Of a stretch of 64,000 bases of DNA, positions 1 to 13,300 are shown one piece after another (the first letter of the stretch is position 1; every line of letters begins with the position of its first letter). The stretch covers positions 6,510,001 to 6,574,000 of the forward strand of contig CAIIXF020000001.1 of assembly GCA_903813345.2 (NCBI GenBank). Reading direction: 5' to 3'. The notes under the pieces were generated by a model. That model was not told the origin of the DNA. It saw nothing but the letters and a program-made list of their open reading frames with translations, and did no database searches. Both the position numbers and the translations under genes were made by a program. This stretch comes from Owenia fusiformis (taxonomy: Eukaryota).

Positions 1-73
1 AAAAGATAAACCTCTTCAAAAACGTGACATTCTGCATTGCACGTTATCCGAGTACATGTGATTTTGTTCTTAG

Positions 74-2034
74 GTTTGTTGTTGCTGGTGACAAGTTGAA
101 GCAGCGTGTAAATGAGAAGAGGATAGGTGTCTACAGATATGATAAAGAAATGGGTCTGGATCCTGTAATGGTAACTAATGAACCTATCTTAACAGCAGAT
201 ATAATACCAGGTTTACTAGCCATTTGGTGGATTGAACCTGGACATATCCTTCAGAATGTTGTCACTTGATTTTGTATGAAAAGATTCATATATGAGCCTG
301 GCCATTGGAAAATTGGTCTTATCACAAAAATTAAAAATTGTGCTACAGAGCCAAAAATGTGCCCACGATTAAGAGGAAAGTGTGCTAAATTCAAATCCGA
401 CTTTTTGGTCTATATATGCAAGAAAAAGTGTTAAGACAAAAGCAATGGCTCATTTGAAAGGTCTCTTTGTGGTTTTCAAGATAAACAAAAAATCGGAATA
501 TTGAAAAAATCTGTGATAAGACTCCTTTTCCCGTGGCCTGGCTCATATCTTAAAGTCAGAATATAAAGAGTGATAAACCTGCAAGCAACATGTTGCATTG
601 TATTCCTTATGACCTCAAATATAATATCTCCCAATAGATCCGGGATATGCTATACATTGGTGAAGTTATTTAAAATTCAAAGTGCAAACATGGAGGGGGT
701 TCAAAATAAAGTATGCACTTTGGAGATAGAAAATAGATATGACATAGAATGATACGATATGAGCCAGAAATGTCCTGAAATTCAAACGATTTTTTATTGT
801 TGAGGTTGCTCGCAGATCTGATACAACCTTTAAGTCCCTAGACCAGTAGACACTGGTTTGGTGCATTGAATCTCAGGCAAAATGGAAATCATCTCATTTT
901 TTATATTTATGATCAACATGTGCAAACAAATATTTATTTAACGTATAGACGGATGTAAAACAAGATAAACAATATTATAACTGATTGCTCAAACGAGAAT
1001 AAACATAAAATCATAAAATTAACCATAACATAAACCATAAAATTGACTTATGCTGAGATGCAGAGTGGTAAATTAATATGGTTCAATAAATGTCTTTCTC
1101 AACTTTGCCCTCCACAAGGCTACATAACAAAATGAACTTTATTTATTCACATCTAGGCTAAAGAACTCAGAAATCATAAGTAAAATACCTCGATTTGCAC
1201 ATGAGAAATCGTCCAAGAATTCCCGCCAATTCAAAATTTCTTTTATGTATGATCTGGGATACTAAATTCCAAGGTATGATAAAGATATAGATGTCCTAAA
1301 CGTAACGAGAATTCGCATTTTCTCATGAAAATGTTAAGACTCATTCATCTGTTCATAATACTTTATTTTCATTTCAGACTCGAAAAGTCAGTGATCATTT
1401 TCCAGTTGAAATGGCAATTGAAGGAAGACGTAAGTCATCTGTTTTTATCTTCCCATAGAAACTCTTGAATATCATAGGCCATACGAGTGTACACTGTGCA
1501 GATATTACGAAAACGACTGACTTCTCTGGCTGTTTATTAATATTCGTGGTGGTTTCTCCATTGGTTCCTTATGCCACATCACATGTCTATATTTCTCCAA
1601 ATTAATTTTCAGGCAATTACAAGAATTCGAGAGTGACTTCATCATTTGCATACAGCCTTGAGTTCACCCCTATTGATGTAAGCAATCTGGACAAGGTGAA
1701 ATACATGGCATCTGCAGTACGTCGGAGTAGGGCATATTATGACATCAGTATCCTTGGGGATGGAGAAAACGATGTGATGTTCACAGCAACAAAGCAAAAA
1801 TATAGAGGCTCTGTCTACAGGACAGTGAAACTGTTCTCATCTAAATTTCCCGGCATTTTGAGCAATGAAGTTCTGGCAACACTGAAGTCCGTTTTGGACA
1901 GTAATGTGTTAAATGAAGAGCGCTATATATATGGTTCATCTGAGAAACCAGCAAAAGATCATAACATTGATATTTCTTGCCAATTCATCTCACCATTTAA
2001 ATGTACAATTCAAGTGGCAAAGCGTTTAGTCTAG
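74..2034 (+). CDS. DNase I-family (EEP) endonuclease, 3' part (5' exons lie upstream of the window), with an extra C-terminal domain exon
   Basis: Exons 74-170, 1378-1429 and 1613-2034, all AG/GT flanked and phase-consistent. They translate to (R)FVVAGDKLKQRV...YRYDKEMGLDPVM|TRKVSDHFPVEMAIEGR|RNYKNSRV...AKRLV*. RFVVAG and SDHFPVE match the DNase I DRIVVAG and catalytic SDH(Y/F)PVE motifs. Confidence 0.85.
294..544. mobile_element. Non-autonomous TIR element (MITE), Sola-like
   Basis: ~33-bp imperfect TIRs (GAGCCTGGCCATTGGAAAATTGGTCTTATCACA versus reverse complement GAGCCAGGCCACGGGAAAAGGAGTCTTATCACA), GAG...CTC termini, ATAT on both flanks (290-293, 545-548). Superfamily inferred from termini and TSD only. 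Confidence 0.6.
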
Positions 2035-4346
2035 CTGGTTAAACAAATTCATAGAACACATATTATACCTCCTAACCACAACCATGTGCGATTTTATCAA
2101 ACCATCTAGAAGATGGACGAACATGAATAGACAATGAATACTGCAGGACGACATCTATTTCACACAATGGAAATTAATGCAAAAAGTTTTTTGTTGATCT
2201 AGACTTGGATGCAAAGATTTATTTCTTCACAATTTCAAGTTAGTTACAAATTGTACAATGTACAAATGAATGGCACAACTAAGTATCTATTATTACTTTC
2301 TGTCATATCCACATGATCATTTTATTTTAATTCTTATGTAGTTTACACAATATCTTTTGATAATGCATGGATTCTTCCCTAAACGTACACTTATTTCCAT
2401 CAAATACACATGAACATGATACTTTTTAAAAATAACAATTTTCGTTTGTCAGATTTTTCTTAAACAATACCCTGTCTCTACACTCCGATCTTATATAAGA
2501 TGACACAGATATCAGAAGAGAAAAATCCACTTTTTTCAGAAAAGGTCCAAGTCCATGTTCCTGTTTTCAATTTGTTTCGTAACTAGTATTGATTTTTAGT
2601 ATTTCTAGAAACATGTTGACAACCAGGAACATGACTCGGCCCTTTTCACATTTTTGGCTGATATTTTTTGAGTATTTACAATTTATACAAACTCTTATTT
2701 ACACTTATTTATTTTCAGTGTCTGTACAGTCTAATACATCGCACAAATTAATCCAATGTAAATGAATTGAAATCATTTCAATTTGGGACATTTTTGAAGC
2801 TGCACATTAGACTGTGTGAATGCATTAATAAATGCGATCTATTAGACAGACACTGAATTACACTGTTTTTAAATAAACTAAGCATTTATGTTAATAACAT
2901 TTACAATATGGCTTCTGTACAGTACAAACATAACATAAGCAGTCTATGAAATGTTAATTACGTATACAACTGCAGTTCATTGCATAAGAAAGTATTTGAT
3001 GCATTTCTCCAAATTTGAAAATTGTCAGCTAGTACATGTCCATGATACTTCAAAGCCTATTTGAATACAATGAGAGTATAAGAATACTGTAATGGACATA
3101 ACATTTTCAGCGATCCATTTGGGAGAAGGATGCACATTTTGTAATGACAATTGAATTTCGAATGCTCCTTTGCACCTACTCCTTGCTAATCCAGTGTACA
3201 CTCAAAATTGTGCATAACTTTCTTAATCAAATTATGTATTCCAAAATGAACCCTTCATCAGTCATATCCAGTTTGGCACTTCATACAAACGACCTTCTTA
3301 CTAAAAAATATTTCTAGAACCAAAAATAAATCTCTTATAATATGAACAAAAATGTGTTTAACACAAATCTCTTTTTCATTTGAATTATTTAAACCTTGCT
3401 CAAGTGACGAATCATCAAAAAGATTTCACAGGGAATTCATATGCTGCTTACTTGCCATTCTTGATCTATGGCTTTCAATTATCTACTGCATTTAATCAAC
3501 AATTCATACATGCCAAGTGTGTCTCAGCCAATCAGCTTAAAGCATTCCAGTGTGTTAATTTATTGATATATGCATGAAAATGATTTTTCTGTGCATTTAA
3601 TCTTTGATAAATGCACGGACTGAACAGTACTATTCTTTAATAAAAAGGGGTGACACTATGGCCCTTAATTAGGTGTCTATCGAAAGAAGCTATTGAACTG
3701 ATCTGTTTGCCTTAATTACATAATCGTGCCTTTGCTGTAAGCGCACCATGCTCATAAGCATTTTGCTTTGTTTACTTAAGCAATGAAATTATACACTAGA
3801 TATATCGAGGTGAAGTTGGAGTAACTTAAACCTTGACAATCAAGATGTATAATACTAACAAGTTCAATTTATAATGAATCTTATTTATATGAAGCCAGTA
3901 GACATGTATGTTCACAATGGTCAATACAACTCTGAGGCATAAACATTACAAGGGGCAAACCCTTATATGAGTAAAAGCATTCTTTCAAATATTGATACAC
4001 ATGCTCCATAAAGTACAAAACTCTGTTTAATGAAATAAACATTTGGGTGTTTTACAGACATAATACACAGATGTTACATTGTCCAACATGCATGAGGACT
4101 GTAATGCTCCCTTGGATGATTAATGTGTGCATCTGTTGGCTATAAGAACTTTAAATACACTGATACATCCATATGTACAGTATATGTTCTTTCTGAAGCA
4201 TATGTTTTTTTAAACGTGTCTCCGTACTTGCACGGCTCTTTTGGATAAGACACTGCACTTCATATTGCTTCAGTGATGATGCACCTCATACATACATACA
4301 TATATATATATATATTTTTTCCATGACTAGATATGCTGTGAAAGAT

Positions 4347-7300
4347 CTATTTCTTCTTACGGTCATTCTGACACTTTGGGCAGAACCATTTGCCTTTAGG
4401 TTTAGCCTGCAGTCCAACACAAGCAAAGTGGAACCATTCTATTGGACACTGGAAATGAGAATATTATAAATAAAATCAAACTATTGGAACTAAAGAAATT
4501 GACATTAGAAAAGAGTATGTTCAATTTTAGTACCACTGATTTGATAGTGTAGCTTATGTGGGACAATATGGTCATGGAAATCATTGCTTTTCAACTACAG
4601 GTGGAGCTTCATCAAGTTTTAGCTGAATTTGGTATTCAAGTAGGGCAGAGATTTCAGGACCCACTATCACAAAAATAGATATATATCGATGTACTTTTTT
4701 AAAGTCGTTCTCACTTGGAGACGTCTTTGTCCATGATATGAGCATACTAGTATAACAAATATTGAGAAAAATTGTACTTACATCAGGGTTATCACATCCA
4801 ATCATCTCTCCATATGAGACCTGGTGACAGAGGCAATATGTTGGCTCATTGGGGTCCACAGGCATGTCAAGTACATCTGAAGGGTGGGTGATAGACAATG
4901 GTAGTGCTGGTAATGTGTTCGTCACTGGGATATCAGGCCTAAAATGCAAACTTCAGCATTATTTTGTACTTGGACACTTCTATTGGTCGTTGACATATAA
5001 GGGCATACTGACTGATGTAAAGAGTTGGGTCTTAAAAATATACAACGGTCGGTTCCAATCAAATGCGAAATTACAATACTAAATGCAAGAATCAAGTATA
5101 GTCTACACATGTGTAACAAGGCATGAGAAATGGCCTCGCAGAAATACAGATATTTTATAAATCAAAACTGAAGATGAAATCTAACAATTGTGTTAGACAA
5201 AGCATGGTGTTATATTGCTCAATTTTTGTCTTGCCTATTAAAAGGACAAGGTGCAATTATTGGCAAATATCCCTATGGTCAAAATGAATCATTCGTAGGT
5301 GTTACATGAAGAATAAAATGTCATATAATACTTTGGAAAATATTAAAGTGCTCGGACACACATAAGCTGAGATAGGGATCATTTCGTTCAGTAAGGTTGT
5401 ATTGACTTACATGGGGCTGTGCACCATTGACATAACATGAGAATATCAGCAGATCCCAATAGAGGCCATTGGTTTCAATTGATTATCACAGAAATACCAA
5501 AAATACACTATGACCTGAATCGATTGCAAACTTAATAATTTCACAATACGACACAAATGGTTTATCTCATCAAATGTGCAAATATGAAGTTTGCAATCGA
5601 TTCAGGTCATACTTAAAATTAAAAGATTGTACATTTTTTCATCATTTTTTTCCCTACAAAATGGCTTTAGAAAAATGCTCCAAAAACAACTTTTACACTT
5701 ATCAAATATCATACAAGTTTGTAAAACCAAAGATTATACTTAATTATATTTCATTATGTCGTAACATATTTGGATAAGATGCAGGGATGCGTAGGATGTA
5801 AATGGATTTTGACAGACACAAAAATACTTCCTGGTTTGGAATCTATGCCTCTACACTTCATGATTGAATTATGACCCTAATAAGTGGCCTATACATCAAT
5901 ACAGTGCTGAATATAGGTCAACAAGATACTAGTGTGCATATAAATGTAATAATTGAAGCAGAATACTCATTTTGAAAAATCAGATGAATTATTTTTTTCC
6001 CATGGGGAGATCCCAATGGCGGGTGTATAAGGTCCTTTGACCAGTCTATTTTTTGTATCTAGCTATATCCCTAATTTGTATTACAAATCAAATATAGAGT
6101 ATTTTACTTTCACATAAGATTAGGTTTTGGTAAGTATCTGTTGAAACTTACTGAATTTCTTGAGATTTCTTTTGCTTTTTCTTTTTCGGAATTTCATCTG
6201 AAAAATCTTCTTTTTGTCCCTTCTTCTTTTTCTTCTCTACAGTTTTTTGACCTTCTGAAATGCAAAAATAAATATTCAAAAAAACAATGATATTTGAACT
6301 TTGGTACATTGCATTACACAGGTGTTGGCAGATATCTTGGCAGAAAGAAACTCACTACTTGATTTATACGATGAAACAAATAACTCAAGTAACTCCGTCC
6401 CAAGGGAATTTTTTTGCTAGAATGAATAAGCTGAACTCCATCATTCTGATACACATAGCATCTAAAAACCTGTCCAGTGTGGGTCATATCCACTCGACAG
6501 TAGCCCAAGGTGGATGTAAATATTTAGAGTCGAGTGTAAAATTGAAGTGACTTGCCACATTGTCGAACATGAAATTCACCATTGTCGAATATTATAGAAC
6601 TAAGTCAATTTATAGTACTTTCATAAACATATTACTTTCTCTTTAAAGATTTTTATTCACAAGAAAACTGTTGTATATGTATCATCAGTGGCAACACTGT
6701 GGCGAGTATAAATTTTCATTGGCGAGTGTGAAAACACAAGTCGATTGCCAATTGGCGAGTGACAGAAAAATCCAAAGACACACACTCCTGTCTGTGTTTA
6801 GTTGCTCTGATTTTCCGTACCGATCCTGCTGATTGAAGGAGCGAGGCTTCCTATACAATCTTAAAATTCCTGGGAAGTTTACTCATGTAAAAAATTGACG
6901 TACTTTAAAAAAAATTAATTCATTTGTGCTTCCTACCGATTAAATACTCCATATTTTATAAGATGTTTATTTCTACTGTTATAAGAATTCATTACATCTG
7001 TAGTATGAAAAATATATAATAATTCGTAGGAACTGTTAGAAATAAGTGAATACTTGGGACTTTGCAAGGAATTGACCGTTTGCTATCAGAAATTGTTTAT
7101 TACACCGTTGCTATGCAGTTCGTTGAGAAATCATTTTTTAATAAGTGACATTTAAATCATGTGTTTGTTATTACGAATTTGATTAGTCCATCGATTCCAC
7201 CAATTCTGAATCGAAAGTGCCCTATACTAAATTCCATGGCAATCTACGTATAATGCAAGAAGAGAGGGCCATGGTATTCCATGATGGAACTTCATATACT

Positions 7301-10300
7301 TCACACATTGGCTTTTTAAGTAAATATTGGAAATAATTCTAAAGTAAAGATCTTGGCTTATTTCTTACATAATCAGATATAGCAAGCAGTTTTTCAAAAA
7401 TGTTATCACTATTTCAGATTTTATTCCTTTGCATAATAAAAAATCTCGCCTGGTGCCGAACAAAATTTGGAGGTTGTTTCCCTCTGATACCGTAGCAGTT
7501 ACATGAAGTTATATCTGAATTTTTATTTTTATTGGAAAGTATGCTTGCAAAATCTCACAACCTGCGTATGCTACATATTTGTTGTACACAAGTATTGGAT
7601 TTTGGTGCTGACTTACTTCTATGTACATCTGTATCTTTCTCTTTGGATAGTGTTTTTTCTTTTAATTCTGCTTCAAATCTGGCTAAATCTGAGTCCAACC
7701 TTCGTATGTGCTTATCTACCTGAAATAAAGAAAACTGTATTTCAGCTTTTCACCACAAGAGCAAAATGATTCTTGCCAATTTTTACACATTTGGAAATAG
7801 ATACTGATCTAAATGCTACAATAACACAGAATACTGATATGACTGGGCATTTCGAGGGAGTGGAAAAACACAATAATAAGGATCCACAGTTTCTGTGCTC
7901 TAGCAGTGAATTGTTAACAAAATATGACCAAAATTGTCAATTTCTCAAAAGAAATGTGAGGACTTGGGAAATAGCAATGACAAGTGAACCTGGTGAAATA
8001 CGAGTAGATACTGTGGATAGACATAAAATAATTGGAGATATGACCAATCATAATACGAAAAGCAGTTTTAATATGTACCATCTCTCTTGACAGATGGATC
8101 GAAACACGGTCAACTAGCTTTAGGTAGACAAACTTTTAAGGACGGACCAACAGACGGACAGACACCTGGTCGATTCCATAGGCCAAAAATTGCTCACTTA
8201 TAGTCAGTCCATTTGTACCAAGTTCATTTGTTATGGTAGACAAGAATCTACTAACTTACCATTTCATAAGTTTGATTTGCTAAATTAACTTTGTCATCTC
8301 CATATTCTTTACTTTTGACATATAGTTTTTCTATGCTGTCGTGTGATGAAGTACGTTTATCAGGTGGAAGATTCCGGACATTTTCTAAGTATTCATCTGA
8401 GAGTGTTTTGATCTCTCTCAATACATCTGAAATAACATACAAAGTACAGTGATAAATATGTCCCTTGAGCAAAACACCCCACATGTCCTATTACAAATCA
8501 GGAACATACAATAATTACATTCCTAGAAGTCATCATACAAGATGCTCTCGTAATAACATATTTAAATGAAAAAAAGTCCTGAGCATTAATTTAATAAATG
8601 ATGACATTGATCTTCCAGTGAAGTCTGTTGGCATCAGTTGGGGGTCATTAAATTAGATGTTTCAGCAACCATACAACAAAATTAACATTGTCCATTTAAC
8701 AATTCAACAAGAATCATTTCAAAATGAAATTTCACTCTCGGGTAATTATCATTTATTTCTTATGAAAAAAGGCAAGTTGAGTGATTTGAACACGTACCCT
8801 GATTTCGTTGGTCCAAGTCCCTCATTAATGTGAAGTTTCTCTGTAGATCAGCTGGCAGACTTTCAAGACCTGAAATATTGAAAATTAAAAACAAAGTCAG
8901 TTATCGAGAGGGTATGATTCATATTGTAGTCAGCACTGCTACATACAAGAAGAGGTCACCTGGGGATTGTCTACAATAACCTTGCAATTCCAACATTATG
9001 AAGCCCTTGAAATATGACTGTCTTTTCTGAGTACTGCAGTCTAGTTTTTACACCCATGCAGACAGATTGCTTGACATTCACCAGGAAAGTAGAAACATTT
9101 TGTCACCCATGAAGCAAATTAATTTCTTACTGTCACAAATGGCGGACATAACCGTCGCTTCAATAAGATTTTCATGACCTGTATATGTTTAATAGAGCAC
9201 CTATACTAAATTCCTTTGGAACAACAATCAATCAAAGTGTCTTAATACTCATTGTACAGTTGATGATGTTCTACCATCGAAATAAAGTCTTTAACTTAAC
9301 AGATCAAAATGAGATATGGGACAACGGACACTGTTATTACCATAGATTTTAGATTTAGATTTATGAACTTTATTACACATTCATACCCATAAAAAAGGTT
9401 ATAGTTAGTGAGGTAGCACCGAAAAATGTACCCGCTTCTGAACAACTTGAAATTACTTGTTTCTTATGTATTTTTATGTGATACTTCAGAAAATTTTTGT
9501 CTGATGCGCCGTATCCGGGGCGAAAGTTGTCAAAATTGGGTTTTTGACCCTAAAAAGGAAAATTACAGGGGGTACATTATCATAATTGAATAATTCATTC
9601 AGTTGGTCTTCAATCATCATAATAATTTTATCGATAGTTGATGAGATCATTTTAAGGTAGTATGCAAACTTTCAATGGTCTGTCACTCGTGGTTGCCATG
9701 GAAACCACAATTTTTGCTGAGAAAATCCTTAATTTTGGTAAAACCTGTACCTGTACATAATATAGAATGTGGATTATTTTTTAAATCAACAGATATCAGA
9801 ACATTTTAGCATTTTCAAAATTATCAGGGCAGTTCAAACATTTATTTAAATATAAAGGATATTGCAATTAACATAACTGGGGAGTGTCAAAGACCATACA
9901 ATTACATAAGTGATCAAAAGTGGGCGTCGCCCTTATCATAGTAGATGATTGCCATTCTCTAAAAATACAGAGTCTTACTTGACTTTTGAGATACATTTAT
10001 AATGATGTTCTTTGGTTATACTAAATATGAAGCATTTTTGGTAAATAATGTACATGTAAGTGTTATACTTATTGCATTGGGGAGGGGGTAGATGGGGGGG
10101 GGGTAACAGAATTGGAAGAGGGCAAAGCTAATCACCCTTAAGTATAAATCTCATCTACATAGTTCTGGATTTCATGGGGTACATCTTCTGGGTCTTCTTC
10201 ACATTCATATAGGATATTATAATTCTGCATGATTGGTAAGTATAAAGACCATAGAATTACTCAAGTGATCAAAAGTGGGCGTCGCCCTTATCATAGATTC

Positions 10301-13300
10301 ATTCTCTATAAATTAGGGGTGGGACGGATAACCGAAATACCGAAAAACCGCGGTTCATAGCCTTCGGATCGGTTTTCGGATCACGGCCCTACTTTCGGAT
10401 CAGCTTTTCGGATCGTTTTCGGATTAATATTTCATTGGTCAAGTATCAATAAAACAGTTAAAAACACTGTTTTACAGCAACATTTTTGATATTCCTAGTC
10501 CCTACCTTGCTAGCTCACTCGTTTACTAGATTCGTTTCGTATCCGCGTATTCGTATCCCTCGGTAATCAATCATGTGGTCCCTGGTACTATATTCTTTAG
10601 TCGTGTATTCTAAATAATATGTATTGTTCATGAAATACTATAACATAAAATTCCATCTATAAAATATTGTTATAACGTGGCATAATTGATACAAAGCAGC
10701 TAATCATGTCAATCAATACAAATCCTTAAAATGAATGAACCGAACCGAAAAAACCGAACCGACGGCTGATGATCCGAAAAACCGAACCGAACCGAACCGA
10801 AACGAACCGTCCCATCCCTACTATAAATACAGAGTCTAAGTTGACTTTTGAGATACATTTACATTACAACTTCTTTGATTATACTTAATTTCAAGCATTT
10901 CTGGTTAGTAATGCACATCTAATTGTAATAGTTCTTGCCTGGGGGAGGATGGGGGAGAGTAGTAACAGAATTGGGAGGGGGCAGAGGTAATCAGCCTTAA
11001 GTATGAATCTCATCTGCATAGTTCTGGATTTCATGGGGCACATCGTCTGGGTCTTCTTCATATTCATCTCAATATATGGGATATTACAAGTTACAGGATT
11101 TGTCAAACACCATACAATTACATATTTATAAATGATCAAAAGGAGTGTCACCCTAACAATAGTAGATGATTGGTTCTTTGTATAAATACAAAATTGAACT
11201 TGACTTTTGAGATACATTCATAGTTATACTGAACTGCTGTTATTATAATTTATGTCAAGCATTTCTGGTAAATACACCTTTGTAAGTATGTATTATAGTT
11301 TTTACATTTGGGCAGGGGTGAGTAGTAACAGAATTAGAATGTGTAGATCTAATCTGGCTTAAGTATCAATCTCATCTTTTTAATTCTGGATTTCATAGGG
11401 TACATCTTCTGGAGTTTTCTGATTCATCTCCTGGTGTTGCTATACCACCAATCTCTTGTATGAGAATATCAGTCAATACCCATTATAACGATGGAGTCAT
11501 TTAGTTTCCATTCAAGTCCATCTGGTGGTTCACTACGAGGATTTGCAATATGGGCCATACAGACAATAAGTGCTTTATATGGATGAGATGGTTACAACAA
11601 TCTATTATCTAGAGATGAGATGAGTGTGACACCCATAATGACCTTGGAAAGGCACAAATAGCAAGTATAGAAAAAGACATAAAGATGACAAAAACCGCAA
11701 TCAAAGACTTCCTTGATCCATTTACCATTGAGGATGAAGGTCATCTCTACGGTGTATCATAAGGAAAATCTGTGCCAAATGATGTCGCTGCAGATCTCAT
11801 CTAATTTTAGTCAAAAGGGGAAATTGCATGAAGAGATACCATCTGAGATTAGTTGAAAAAAAGATTTCATGATCTAATAAAACATATGAAATTGAAAACT
11901 ATAGCAGCAAACTACAGCAGCAACAGTGACAGTGACAGTAAAAAAGTACTCAGAACAAGCTTATACAAATACATTCTGAATGAAACATCTTTGAACAGCT
12001 TTGATCTTGCTTAAGAACATAAAATTAGCCTAGAATGTCTCCTGCAGTTCCTATTGAGCCCTGTGCCTTGGGCTCTAGGAACACTGACTGGACTTCTTGC
12101 AAGAACAGAGAAACGCATTCCTATGCATGAACATGTACCCACAAGTGCCAAAGGGAAAGGACCAAAATTTGTAATAAAACCCAGCAAGAAAAAGAAAACT
12201 TCTAAATGTATACAAGTCATAAGGAAAACAAACCCCAACTATCCCAAACCATAATTCAACATGAAAGGTAGTTTTGTTTCTGGATCTGGCGGAGACTGTT
12301 TCAAGATTCTACAATTGCAGATTGATTAGTTTTTGTATGTGATTATTACATCAAAAATTCTATAAAGGAACCTGAAAGAGGGGAGGGAACCTTGCCCTAT
12401 TTAAGGTAGAAAACACGAGTCCCTAAAGATTGGAATTAGTTCTTGTATGATGATGAAAACAAAAAGCAAATACAGCAAAGTGTGCTGCTGGATACTTGAG
12501 TTGGAAACAAATGAAGACTGATGTCAGTGGTATTTCCTCCAATATAGACCCTGACATATATGCAGCCTTCCTAGCACTTCACACATTCACAGATGAAGTG
12601 CCATGCAGAAGGGGCAATAGCAATAGCACCTTTTTAAAAGGCAAAGGTGGAGCGCCATATAGATACACTCAACTGGATGACTCTCAAATCTGCAAGTGTA
12701 GTGGTATATTCTCCCACATGATATTGTTAATATATTAACATCGGGAGGTGAATGAAAATGATCAGACTATGATATTAATACTTAAGACGGACTGGCCATT
12801 GGCTCTGCCCCCTCCCATTTCTACTACTACCCCCTTGCCCCCCCCCACAGGGAATAACTATTACAATACTAAATGTAATCAAAGAAGTTTTAATTTAAAA
12901 AATAAATCTTAAAGTCAAGTTAAACTCCATATTCATAGAGAATGAATTATCTACTATTGTGAGGGCTGCATCCAATTGAATGGTCTTTGAAACTTACCAA
13001 TCATGTAAATTGGAATATCCCATATATTGAGATGAATGTGAAGAAGACCCAGAAGATGTACCCCATGAAATCCAGAACTAAGTGTATTAGATTTATATTT
13101 AAGGCTTATTAGCTCTGCCAATTTCCAATTCTGTTACTCTCCCCCCCCCTCCTCCACCCTTAGGCAATAACTATTACAATAAGATGTATATAACTTACCA
13201 GAAATGCTTGACATTAAGTATAAATCAAAGATGTTTTTAAGTAAATATACTTCAAAAGTCAAGTTAAACTCTGTATTTATAGAGAATGAACCATATACTA

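Noticed and set aside
24-269. ORF 24..269 as a stand-alone gene
   Set aside because: Only 74-170 is an exon of the DNase I-like gene; the rest is intron read-through.
7755-8190. ORF 7773..8090 and a possible minus-strand HINE-like element
   Set aside because: No recognisable protein. GGAC/AGAC repeats hint at a Helentron-type repeat but the ends could not be defined.
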